A DNA stretch of 64,000 bases from Spirochaetota bacterium. GTDB taxonomy: Bacteria; Spirochaetota; UBA4802; JAFGDQ01. A program made the translations under genes and the position numbers. Where the stretch lies: NCBI GenBank assembly GCA_043803405.1, contig JAZDKB010000015.1:1-64000 (forward strand), written 5' to 3'. The notes under the pieces were generated by a model. It was given only the letters and a program-made list of their open reading frames with translations. It did not search any database and was not told the DNA's origin. Positions 18,944 to 30,390 of this stretch are shown piece by piece (position 1 is the first letter of the stretch; every line of letters begins with the position of its first letter).

Positions 18944-19707
18944 TGAGATCCGCGGGAATCGACATAGGATCGCGAACAGTAAAGCTTGCTGTGCTTGAAG
19001 ATGGCAGACTTGTGCTCAGCCGCAAGTCAGTCACATCGCATAATCCTCTTGCCACTGCAAGAGAGCTTATGCGTGATGCAGAATATGACGCAATTACAGC
19101 TACAGGCTACGGCAGGCATCTTATTAAATCGAACTTCGACTGCATGGTAATAAGCGAAATCAAGGCTTTTGCTCTTGGCGCACGCTCGCTTTCCCTGGGA
19201 TGCAGGGCTATTCTTGACATAGGCGGCCAGGATACAAAGGCTGTGGCTCTTGATGAGCACGGCAATCTAAGCAAATTCGAAATGAACGATAAATGTGCAG
19301 CTGGCACCGGACGCTTTCTCGAGATCATGGCTACAGCCCTGGGTTACACGCTGGAAGATTTTTCAAGAGCGGCAATGTCAGCTGACCGTGCTGAGAAGAT
19401 AAACAGCACATGCACGGTTTTTGCGGAATCTGAAGTTATATCTTTGATAAATCAAGGTACAGGACGAAACGAAGTAGCGCTTGGAATTCACAAGTCTATT
19501 ATAAGCAGGGCTGTGTCGATACTAAAACGCGTATCTTTAAACGGAGATATTTTTTTTGCCGGCGGTGTAGCGCTGAATGAATGCGCGCGCGGACTCCTCG
19601 CAATCGAGACCGGCAGGGAGATAATAGTGCCCGACGATCCGCAGATAGTGGGTGCAATTGGAGCTGCGATCTATGCGGGGAGTAAAATGAGCCTAAAGCA
19701 AACATAA
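18943..19707 (+). CDS. ATP-dependent [4Fe-4S] activator (HgdC/BcrD/DCCP-R family)
   Basis: GIDIGSRT, TGYGR, DIGGQDTK, MNDKCAAGTGRFLE, CTVFAESE; TAATG coupling. Confidence 0.95.
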   Translation: MRSAGIDIGSRTVKLAVLEDGRLVLSRKSVTSHNPLATARELMRDAEYDAITATGYGRHLIKSNFDCMVISEIKAFALGARSLSLGCRAILDIGGQDTKAVALDEHGNLSKFEMNDKCAAGTGRFLEIMATALGYTLEDFSRAAMSADRAEKINSTCTVFAESEVISLINQGTGRNEVALGIHKSIISRAVSILKRVSLNGDIFFAGGVALNECARGLLAIETGREIIVPDDPQIVGAIGAAIYAGSKMSLKQT

Positions 19708-19779
19708 GGAAAACCTAAAACATGTTAAAGTTTCAGCCTGAAGGTATAAATTTTTTTAAACTTTTAAGGAGATTGTAAA

Positions 19780-20751
19780 TTGATCCACATATCGAAGCTG
19801 GAAAAATCTTTTAATAACCTTAAAGTGTTAAAAAATATAAACCTTCATATTCAGAAAGGGGATATATACGGGCTTATAGGCAGAAGCGGTGCCGGCAAGT
19901 CTACACTTTTAAGATGCATAAATGGTCTTGAAACATACGACTCAGGAACGTTAAAAATCGACGGATTCGAGGTAAAAAGCCATAATGATAAGGAAATCAG
20001 AGAATTCAGAAAAAATATCGGAATGATATTTCAGGACTTTTCACTTATGCAGAGAAAAACAGTATATGAAAACATTGCTCTACCAATGAAATGCTGGGGA
20101 TATAAAAAGGATATAATAGATCAAAGAGTAAAGGAATTGGTTGGAATAGTTGATATTCCGGAGAAGGTTAATGAAAAACCAAAAGCTTTAAGCGGAGGTC
20201 AGCAACAGAGAGTTGCAATAGCAAGGGCGCTTTCGCTGAACCCTAAAATTCTTCTTTGCGATGAAGCCACATCCGCTTTGGATCCAAAGACAACAAAATC
20301 CATATTGTCACTGCTAAGAAATATCAATGAGAAATTCGGGATCACTATAGTAATAGTAACTCATTCAATGTCAGTAATCAGGCAAATCTGCAACAAGGTT
20401 TCGGTTTTAGATAAAGGTGAAATAGAAACAAAAGGAGATGTCGAAAAAATTTTTTTGCATCAACCGCAATCTTTGAAAGACCTACTGGGCGAAGACGACG
20501 AGGACGTGCTGCCAAGTACGGGTATAAATATAAGATTGATATACTTAAAGAATGACATGGCGAGCGGTATTATTTCCAGGATGGCAAGAAAACTGGATAT
20601 AGACTTCTCCATAGTCTGGGGAAAACTTGAAAAATACAGAGACGATGTTTTGGGTTCTCTGGTAATAAATACAGAATTAAAAAATGAAAAATTAGTAACA
20701 AATTACTTAAACGAAATAAAGGTCAAGCACGAGGTTGTAAAAAATGGATAG
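19780..20751 (+). CDS. metN: Methionine-type ABC transporter ATP-binding subunit with NIL-like C-terminus
   Basis: GRSGAGKSTLLRCINGLE, LSGGQQQRVAIARAL, CDEATSALDPKTT. Confidence 0.9.
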   Translation: MIHISKLEKSFNNLKVLKNINLHIQKGDIYGLIGRSGAGKSTLLRCINGLETYDSGTLKIDGFEVKSHNDKEIREFRKNIGMIFQDFSLMQRKTVYENIALPMKCWGYKKDIIDQRVKELVGIVDIPEKVNEKPKALSGGQQQRVAIARALSLNPKILLCDEATSALDPKTTKSILSLLRNINEKFGITIVIVTHSMSVIRQICNKVSVLDKGEIETKGDVEKIFLHQPQSLKDLLGEDDEDVLPSTGINIRLIYLKNDMASGIISRMARKLDIDFSIVWGKLEKYRDDVLGSLVINTELKNEKLVTNYLNEIKVKHEVVKNG

Positions 20752-21403
20752 GGATTCTTTAGAACTTCTAAGTAAAATAGTAATTCCGGAATTAGGTATA
20801 ACAATGTACATGGTTTTGGTATCAACAGTGTTAGCAACCATTTTTGGTTTTATTCTTGCGATAACATTAATTATAACGAATCACGATGGGCTAAAACCAA
20901 ACCGATTCATCTATCAATCATTGGATGCTGTAATAAATATATTAAGGTCATTTCCATTTATTATATTAGTAGTCGCGATTATACCGTTCACAAGATACAT
21001 AATAGGAACATCAATAGGAGAAGAAGCAGCCATGGTACCGCTAGTAATAGCAGGATCACCATTTATAGCAAGACTGATTGAAGGAAGCTTAAAAGAAGTG
21101 GATAAGGGACTTATTGAAGCCGCAAAATCATTCGGGGCATCTAACACACAAATTGTGTTCAAGATAATGATCAAGGAATCAATACCTTCCATAACTTCCG
21201 GCATAACGCTTGCCATAGTATCGATACTGGGCGCCACAGCAATGGCAGGCGCGGTTGGCGGAGGAGGATTGGGATCTGTGGCTCTTTCCTACGGATATCA
21301 AAGCTTTAATGACACTATCATGTACGGCATTGTAGTCATCCTGATTATAGTAGTCCAAGTTATTCAAACTTTAGGAAATATATTATATAAAAAATTAAAG
21401 TAA
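20744..21403 (+). CDS. metI: Methionine-type ABC transporter permease
   Basis: RSFPFIIL..IPFTR..GTSIG, EAA motif, MAGAVGGGGLG. Confidence 0.92.
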   Translation: MDRDSLELLSKIVIPELGITMYMVLVSTVLATIFGFILAITLIITNHDGLKPNRFIYQSLDAVINILRSFPFIILVVAIIPFTRYIIGTSIGEEAAMVPLVIAGSPFIARLIEGSLKEVDKGLIEAAKSFGASNTQIVFKIMIKESIPSITSGITLAIVSILGATAMAGAVGGGGLGSVALSYGYQSFNDTIMYGIVVILIIVVQVIQTLGNILYKKLK

Positions 21404-21446
21404 TAAATATTACTTAATAAATAAAAAAATTAAGGAGAGATGTAAT

Positions 21447-22265
21447 ATGAAGTTTAAAAGTATTTTTTATTTCTCGCTGATGTCAGTTTTCCTAATATCA
21501 GCAACTGGTTATTCAGCACCAAAATATTCTACAGACGGCAAAAGAATAATCAGGGTAGCTACATCAAATGTTGAGCATGAAAAAACACTGCTCGCGGCAA
21601 AAGAAGAATTTGAGAAAAGCGGGTATAAGCTGGAAATAAAAGTGTTCAATGATTACACAGCGCCGAATATGGCAGTAGTCGAAGGGAGTATGGATGCAAA
21701 TTATTTCCAGCATGAACCTTTCCTGAAATTATTTAACCATTCAAAAGGCACTAACCTTGAATGCGGAAGGCCATTATACCTGATCACCACAGGAATATTT
21801 TCAAACAAAATCAAAAGCATGAAGGAACTCAAGGATGGAGCAAAAGTGGCTATCTTTAATGATAATTCGAATCGTGATTTTGCTTTGAGATTTTTACAAC
21901 ATCTAGGCCTGATCAAACTTAAAAAAGGCCTAAAAATTGCCACAAAGCTGGATATTGTAGAGAATAAAAGAAATTTAAAATTCATAGAGATGGATGGATT
22001 TAATATCGTCAATATGATGGACGAAGTGGATATTGCCGTCATGGCTGCCTCGCATATGGCGCAGGCCGGTAAAAATCCTAAAAGTGGAATAGCTTATTAT
22101 AATGACGCGAAAGGAGACGATGTGCGTGCTCTTGTATTAACAGTAAGAAATGGGGATATGAAAACAGACTGGGCTAAGGCATTAGAGAAAGCATTAATGT
22201 CAATAAAAGCACAGAAAGTTGTAGAAGAAACCTCTAAGGGAGCCAGAATCCCGGCATTTAAATAA
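21447..22265 (+). CDS. metQ: MetQ/NlpA family substrate-binding protein (divergent)
   Basis: FNDYTAPN, DANYFQHEPFL, NDNSN, DIVENKRNLKF. Confidence 0.85.
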   Translation: MKFKSIFYFSLMSVFLISATGYSAPKYSTDGKRIIRVATSNVEHEKTLLAAKEEFEKSGYKLEIKVFNDYTAPNMAVVEGSMDANYFQHEPFLKLFNHSKGTNLECGRPLYLITTGIFSNKIKSMKELKDGAKVAIFNDNSNRDFALRFLQHLGLIKLKKGLKIATKLDIVENKRNLKFIEMDGFNIVNMMDEVDIAVMAASHMAQAGKNPKSGIAYYNDAKGDDVRALVLTVRNGDMKTDWAKALEKALMSIKAQKVVEETSKGARIPAFK

Positions 22266-22300
22266 ATAATAAATTTAGATCAATTATTATAAAAAATTCA

Positions 22301-22332
22301 ACCTGGTAGTTTAATCAGCATAACTACCAGGT
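22301..22332 (+). other. Intra-operon stem-loop without U-tract
   Basis: Perfect 11-bp IR ACCTGGTAGTT/AACTACCAGGT between metQ and nifB-like gene. Confidence 0.7.
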
Positions 22333-22354
22333 CCCCTTAGAGGTTTGTTTCATA

Positions 22355-23278
22355 ATGACAGATAAATTCAGTCATCTGGTAAAACGACACCCGTGTTACA
22401 GTGGAGAGGCACATGTTAAATATGGGAGGGTACATTTGCCCGTAAGCCCGGTATGTAATATCCAGTGCAAATTCTGCAAGAGAAGTTTTAATAAATACGA
22501 AAACAGACCGGGAGTCAGCAGATCAATAATAACGCCTGAAGAAGCAATTGAACTAGTGAGCAAAGCTATGGTTTTGTGCCCCGACATCACAGTAGCAGGC
22601 ATAGCAGGCCCAGGCGATCCTTTAGCTTCAGACCATGCGCTTGATACATTCAGGCTAATAAATAAAAAATATCCTCATTTAATTAAGTGTTTAAGTACAA
22701 ATGGCTTTAGACTCAGTGAAAAAGCAGAACAAATAATGGAAGCAGGAGTAAAGACCATAACCGTAACCGTAAACGCAATTAAACCGGAAATATTAAAAAA
22801 TATATGCTCATGTATAATATTTAAAGGAAAAATAATTAAAGGCAAAGAGGGAGCTGAGGTGCTTATTGCTCATCAGTTAGAAGGAATTAAAAAAATTACA
22901 GAACTGGGCGCTATAGTAAAGATAAACACTGTACTGGTTCCGGGGATAAATGACAATCACATAGAGAAAATAGCTATAACGGCAAAGGAATTAGGCGCAT
23001 TTATAATTAATGTAATTCCCCTTATCCCCCAACATGAAATGATACACCTGCCCTCGCCTACCTGCGATCAATTGAAATTAGCCAGAGACAGCGCCGAAAA
23101 ACATTTAGCTGTATTCAGGCACTGCAAACAATGCAGGGCAGACGCGTGCGGAGTGCCTGGCAAAGGCATGGACATATCGGATTTATTATATGATAAACAA
23201 TTACAATTTGAAAGCAATTTGTCCTTCGGAATTGACAATGCAAACATATTAGATCACAGGCATATACTCTACCAGTAA
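22355..23278 (+). CDS. nifB: NifB/MarB-like radical SAM cofactor biosynthesis protein (no NifX domain)
   Basis: HPC, CNIQCKFC, ENRPG, AGPG, TVTVN, CKQCRADACG. Confidence 0.92.
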   Translation: MTDKFSHLVKRHPCYSGEAHVKYGRVHLPVSPVCNIQCKFCKRSFNKYENRPGVSRSIITPEEAIELVSKAMVLCPDITVAGIAGPGDPLASDHALDTFRLINKKYPHLIKCLSTNGFRLSEKAEQIMEAGVKTITVTVNAIKPEILKNICSCIIFKGKIIKGKEGAEVLIAHQLEGIKKITELGAIVKINTVLVPGINDNHIEKIAITAKELGAFIINVIPLIPQHEMIHLPSPTCDQLKLARDSAEKHLAVFRHCKQCRADACGVPGKGMDISDLLYDKQLQFESNLSFGIDNANILDHRHILYQ

Positions 23279-23286
23279 ACTAATAA

Positions 23287-25639
<2,353 letters not shown>

Positions 25640-25652
<13 letters not shown>

Positions 25653-26965
25653 TAGAACAACCGAGATATTCCTGCGCATTAGGCGCGCAGCAAACAGTAC
25701 TTGCAATCCCTAAAGCAATACCCATTCTTCACAGCGGAGCGGGCTGCAGTTCAAAAATCCATTTTGCACTGGCATCCGGTTCAGGGAATCAGGGAGAAGG
25801 ATATGCGGGAGGAAGCCATATACCGTGCACAAACTCTGCCGAGAAAGAAGTCATTTACGGAGGGGAAAAAAGATTGGATGAAACGATTTCCGGCAGCTTA
25901 AAGGTAATGAAAGGAGATCTGTTTGTGGTTTTGACCGGCTGCACGGCTGACATTGTCGGTGACGACGCCGGGGCAGTGACTTCAAAATACAGAGAAGAAG
26001 GATATCCAATAGTAAGCGCCGAGACGGGAGGCTTTAAAGGAAATAATTATTTCGGCCATGAATTGGTTATTCAAGCCATAATAAACCAATTAATCGGAGA
26101 TGTCGAACCAAGAGTAAAGAAAGGACTTGTTAATCTGTTTTCGGTTGTTCCGTATCAAAATCAAAACTGGAGAGGCGACCTACAGGAGATCAAATACCTA
26201 TTAAATCTAATAGGCCTTGAAGTAAATATTTTATTCGGATATGAATGCGAAGGTATAAGTGAGTGGAAGAACATCCCTAATGCAGAATTTAATCTTGTAC
26301 TGTCTCCATGGGTAGGATTGGAGACTGCCATATTGCTTAAAAAAAAGCACAACACACCTTATCTGCATTATCCATTAATTCCGGTAGGAGCTGAGGCAAC
26401 AAGCAGTTTTTTAAAAGCAGTTGGCGAATTCGCCGGCATTGATCCTAAAAAAATTGAAACCGTAATCCGCAAAGAAGAAGAAAGATATTATAAATATTTT
26501 ATCGGGGTAGCGGATTTCTTCACGGAAATCAGGATGATATTGCCTTATGAACTGTATACAATATCAGATTCAGCATACGCGATCGGAGCAAGCAGCTTTT
26601 TAATTAATGAAATGGGATACAGTCCAAAAAAGGCATTTATCACAGACAATGTTCCTGCAAAGTACCAGGGAATAGTAAGGCATGAATTCCAAAAAATAGA
26701 TGAAGCATACTCTGATAAAGTATTTTTTGAAGTCGATGGAGGAGAAATAGAAAAGACAATCAGGAACGATGAGAATATCCCAAGAAAAACTTTAATATTA
26801 GGCAGCGAGTGGGAAAAACTCGTGGCAAAGGACATACAGGCGCCTTTAACTTATATAGGTTTTCCTGTTACAAACAGCCTATTTATAAATAGAACTTTTA
26901 TCGGATATAGCGGAGGGCTAAGGTTGATTGAAGATATTTATACAAATATTATCAGATACTATTAA
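25640..26965 (+). CDS. Nitrogenase-like component 1 beta subunit (group IV, MarK-like)
   Basis: PRYSCALG, HSGAGC, TGCTADIVGDD, TGGFKGN, GYSGGLRLIED. Confidence 0.88.
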
Positions 26966-27036
26966 GAAAGCATTTAGAAAGTGCATCAGTTTAATTTGGT
27001 TAACTTTCATATAAAAATAAAGGAGTTATTGAACAA

Positions 27037-28197
27037 ATGAATACACCCATCGAACCTTTAATAAAAGACCAGTTCGCGGGCGAACCGCCGACTAAAAGGC
27101 TTCTCGCGTTTCTTCAATCAAAGCGCGAACAGGGAAAAAAGATCGCGGGAGTTTACTGCGGCTACGCGCCAGTAGAACTGATACGTGCAATGGATGTAAT
27201 ACCGGCTACGCTCTGTGCGTTCTCAAATAATACAATAGAACCTGCGGAAGCGGTTTTGCCTGCAAACCTTTGCCCGCTTATAAAATCAAGCTATGGTTTC
27301 ATCATCACAGACACATGCCCGTTTTACGGCATATCTGATGTTGTTATAGGTGAAACTACATGCGACGGTAAAAAGAAAATGTTTGAATTAATAGCAGAAA
27401 AAAAACCGACGCACATAATGGATCTGCCTCAGCTTCCGGACGAGGAGGGAGCCATAGCAAACTGGACAGCCATGATACGCAGACTTCAGAAATTCCTCGA
27501 AAAATCTTTTAACATTAAAGCGGAAGATGGCAAAATAGAGGAAGCTATTAAAGATACAAACTTAAAAAACGCTCTCATGCGTAAAGTCTTCAGTTTTGCA
27601 GCGCTTGATCATTCGCTTATAAGCTGGAAAGAAATATATGACTTGAATTTTCTTAGCCTGTCAGCATCCGGTAAAGATATGGAGCCGATATTAAATGAAG
27701 CAATTAAAACTTTGGAAAGACGTAAAGCGTCCGGATACGCATATAAAGCCAACGGTGCGCCACGAATTATGGTTACAGGATGCCCGATAGCAGGAGATGC
27801 GCAGAAAGTATTTAATATTATTGAAGAAGCCGGAGGAGTTATAACGGTTCTCGACGCATGCTCGGGATTCAAGCCGTACATGTCCGATATTAACGAGAAT
27901 ACGGGAGATCCGGTAAAAGCCATCGCAGAGCGTTATTTGCAAATTCCATGCTCCTGTATGACCCCAAATGATCGCCGTCTTGCAGATACGAGCAGAATGA
28001 TAGACATGTTTAAACCAGACGCGGTAGTTGACGTTGTGCTGCAGGCATGCCATTCGTACAATATTGAATCCTATAAGGTCGAAAAGCACATACAGAATTC
28101 TCACAATCTGCCGTTCCTTAAAATAGTGACGGATTATTCACAGAGCGACGCGGGCCAGATACGCACGCGCATTGAAGCTTTACTGGAGTCATGTTAA
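27037..28197 (+). CDS. Second double-cubane cluster protein (YjiM/HgdB family)
   Basis: YCGYAP, LCAF, NLCPLIKSSYG, CPFY, ETTCDGKKKM, DACSG, PCSCMTPN, ACHSY. Confidence 0.9.
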   Translation: MNTPIEPLIKDQFAGEPPTKRLLAFLQSKREQGKKIAGVYCGYAPVELIRAMDVIPATLCAFSNNTIEPAEAVLPANLCPLIKSSYGFIITDTCPFYGISDVVIGETTCDGKKKMFELIAEKKPTHIMDLPQLPDEEGAIANWTAMIRRLQKFLEKSFNIKAEDGKIEEAIKDTNLKNALMRKVFSFAALDHSLISWKEIYDLNFLSLSASGKDMEPILNEAIKTLERRKASGYAYKANGAPRIMVTGCPIAGDAQKVFNIIEEAGGVITVLDACSGFKPYMSDINENTGDPVKAIAERYLQIPCSCMTPNDRRLADTSRMIDMFKPDAVVDVVLQACHSYNIESYKVEKHIQNSHNLPFLKIVTDYSQSDAGQIRTRIEALLESC

Positions 28198-28200
28198 ATT

Positions 28201-29373
28201 ATGGATATAATATATTTCGACAACGCAGCTACGTCATGGCCTAAGCCTGATTCGATGATAAAAGCTATGGTTGATTTTAACGCCAATGTAGGCGCAAATC
28301 CCGGACGTTCGGGGCACAGGCTTTCGATCGAAGCCGGCCGCGTAATCTTTAACGCGCGCGAAGCTGTTGCCTCGCTTATAGGAGCTGATGATCCTCTCTC
28401 GATAATTTTTACGCGAAACGCCACCGAAGCCATTAATACAATAGTCCGCGGGCTCTTTCGAAGCGGGGATCATGTAATCACGTCGGGTATGGAGCATAAT
28501 TCCGTAATGCGGCCTCTTCGTGCCATTGAACAGGAAGGTGTCGGATTAACTGTCGTAAAATGTTCCGGCGCAGGAGACATGTCTCCGGACGACGTTGCCG
28601 GCGCGATCAGAAAAAACACAAAAATGATTATCATGACTCATGCGTCAAACGTGACAGGCACCATTATGCCTGTCGTGGATGTTGCGAAGATCGCGCGCGA
28701 GCACGGCATCATCTTTTGCGTGGACGCAGCACAGACCGCTGGAAACGTGCCAATGAATGTAATTAAAGATAACATAGATATTCTTGTCTTTACAGGCCAC
28801 AAGTCGCTTTACGGCCCGCAGGGAACCGGCGGTTTTTATTTGCGAAAGGGACTTGAGAAGATGATTGATCCTCTTGAACGCGGGGGTACAGGCAGCCGGT
28901 CAGAGTATGAGGAGCACCCGGATTTTATGCCGGACAGGTACGAGTCCGGCACACCTAACACTATCGGCATAGCCGGTCTTGGAGCAGGCCTTTCGTATAT
29001 TTCAAACACTGGAATTGATAATATTCGTAAAAAAGAGGTTGCTCTTACAGAACATTTCATAAACGGCATTCGTTCGCTAAATGGAGTAACGATTTACGGG
29101 CACACAAATCCGGAGAAGCGTACGGCGATTGTTTCATTTAATATTGACGGACTTAGCCCGTCGGACATTGCTTTAAAGCTGGATGAACAGTACAATATTA
29201 TGTCAAGGCCAGGACTTCACTGTGCGCCGTCTGCTCACCGAACAATCGGGACATTTCCAGAGGGTACAGTACGGTTCAGTTTTGGTTTATTTACAACAGA
29301 AGATGAAATTGATTTTGCTGTAAAAGCTATTGATGCTATTTGCAGAGACAATAAAATGACCTCATCCCTCTAA
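28201..29373 (+). CDS. Cysteine desulfurase / selenocysteine lyase family (class V PLP)
   Basis: YFDNAATSWPKP, EHNS, DAAQTAG, TGHKSLYGPQGTG, RPGLHCAP. Confidence 0.92.
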   Translation: MDIIYFDNAATSWPKPDSMIKAMVDFNANVGANPGRSGHRLSIEAGRVIFNAREAVASLIGADDPLSIIFTRNATEAINTIVRGLFRSGDHVITSGMEHNSVMRPLRAIEQEGVGLTVVKCSGAGDMSPDDVAGAIRKNTKMIIMTHASNVTGTIMPVVDVAKIAREHGIIFCVDAAQTAGNVPMNVIKDNIDILVFTGHKSLYGPQGTGGFYLRKGLEKMIDPLERGGTGSRSEYEEHPDFMPDRYESGTPNTIGIAGLGAGLSYISNTGIDNIRKKEVALTEHFINGIRSLNGVTIYGHTNPEKRTAIVSFNIDGLSPSDIALKLDEQYNIMSRPGLHCAPSAHRTIGTFPEGTVRFSFGLFTTEDEIDFAVKAIDAICRDNKMTSSL

Positions 29374-29438
29374 TCCCTTCTGCCATCTCCTGTTTACCAG
29401 GGAAGATTAGAAAGAATATTAACAGAGGGATGAGGTCA
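29357..29438. repeat. Long stem-loop between desulfurase and yedF
   Basis: 15-bp perfect IR TGACCTCATCCCTCT / AGAGGGATGAGGTCA. Confidence 0.75.
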
Positions 29439-29476
29439 AAATTCAGAAGTTAACAATAATTTATCAGGAGGATTCT

Positions 29477-30082
29477 ATGTCCGAAATAATCAATGCAAAA
29501 GGACTAACCTGCCCTCAGCCTGTTATTTTAACAAAAAAAGCGCTGGATGTCAAGGAAGAAGTTACGGTTCTGGTCGACAACATAACTGCAGTTGAAAATA
29601 TAAAAAGGCTCGCTTCCAGCACCGGATGTTCTTTTCATGTATCAGGCGAGGCAGACGGGGTTTTTAAAATTCAACTTCATAAGCAACCAGGCGCGCAGCC
29701 CGATGCTTCAACCGATTATCTTTCATGCGATGCAGGCACTGCAGCAGGCCCGAATGTTTTTTTAATATCATCAAATACAATGGGCAGAGGGAACGATGAA
29801 CTTGGCGCTCTTCTTATGAAAGCTTTTATCCATACTTCTATAGAACTGGAAACAGTCCCCGATGTAATGATATTATTAAACACAGGGGTCAAGCTTGCCG
29901 TTCAGGGTTCGGATGTTATTGACGATCTTAAAACGCTTGAAGTTAAAGGGGTTCAGATACTGGTATGCGGCACATGCCTTAATTTTTTTAATCTTAAAGA
30001 TAAACTTGCGGCAGGAATCGTTTCAAATATGTATGACATCGCAGGCGCTCTTATAAAATCCGGTCGCATAGTTCAGCCATGA
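29477..30082 (+). CDS. yedF: Selenium metabolism protein YedF (TusA/SirA + DsrE domains)
   Basis: AKGLTCPQPV TusA motif; MGRGNDELG..LM, NTGV, CGTCL, SNMY. Confidence 0.9.
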   Translation: MSEIINAKGLTCPQPVILTKKALDVKEEVTVLVDNITAVENIKRLASSTGCSFHVSGEADGVFKIQLHKQPGAQPDASTDYLSCDAGTAAGPNVFLISSNTMGRGNDELGALLMKAFIHTSIELETVPDVMILLNTGVKLAVQGSDVIDDLKTLEVKGVQILVCGTCLNFFNLKDKLAAGIVSNMYDIAGALIKSGRIVQP

Positions 30083-30312
30083 ACGAAACACAAACGCAAT
30101 ACTGCATAGCTTTATTTAAATCCGTAAGTCATGTTCTTCATGCCGAGAAAATACTTAAAGAAGCGAACGTGCCTCACAAAATAATCCCTGTCCCTAAAAA
30201 AATAAGCTCGGAATGCGGGGTTTGCGTAAGGTTTCTGCCTGAGCATAGCGACGAAATAAGAAATACGCTTTACGGGAAAGTTGAGGAATTTGAGATACGG
30301 AAGTTACCCTAA
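30079..30312 (+). CDS. DUF3343 family putative Se/S carrier protein
   Basis: F.SVSHVLHAEK, IPVPKKISSECG; ATGA overlap with yedF. Confidence 0.85.
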   Translation: MNETQTQYCIALFKSVSHVLHAEKILKEANVPHKIIPVPKKISSECGVCVRFLPEHSDEIRNTLYGKVEEFEIRKLP

Positions 30313-30345
30313 GCAAAGTGCACGACAGATTTGTGAATAATAACC

Positions 30346-30390
30346 AGAAGTCATCTCAAAGTATAAAACCTAATTTTAAGATGGCTTCTA
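30346..30390. repeat. Short IR element at convergent junction, possibly acting as terminator
   Basis: AGAAGTCATCTCAAA / TTTAAGATGGCTTCT; related to 3821-4027. Confidence 0.6.

Noticed and set aside
17666..19707. Classical 2-hydroxyglutaryl-CoA dehydratase or benzoyl-CoA reductase
   Set aside because: No alpha/beta pair, CoA transferase or bcr partners; Cys pattern fits the double-cubane subfamily.
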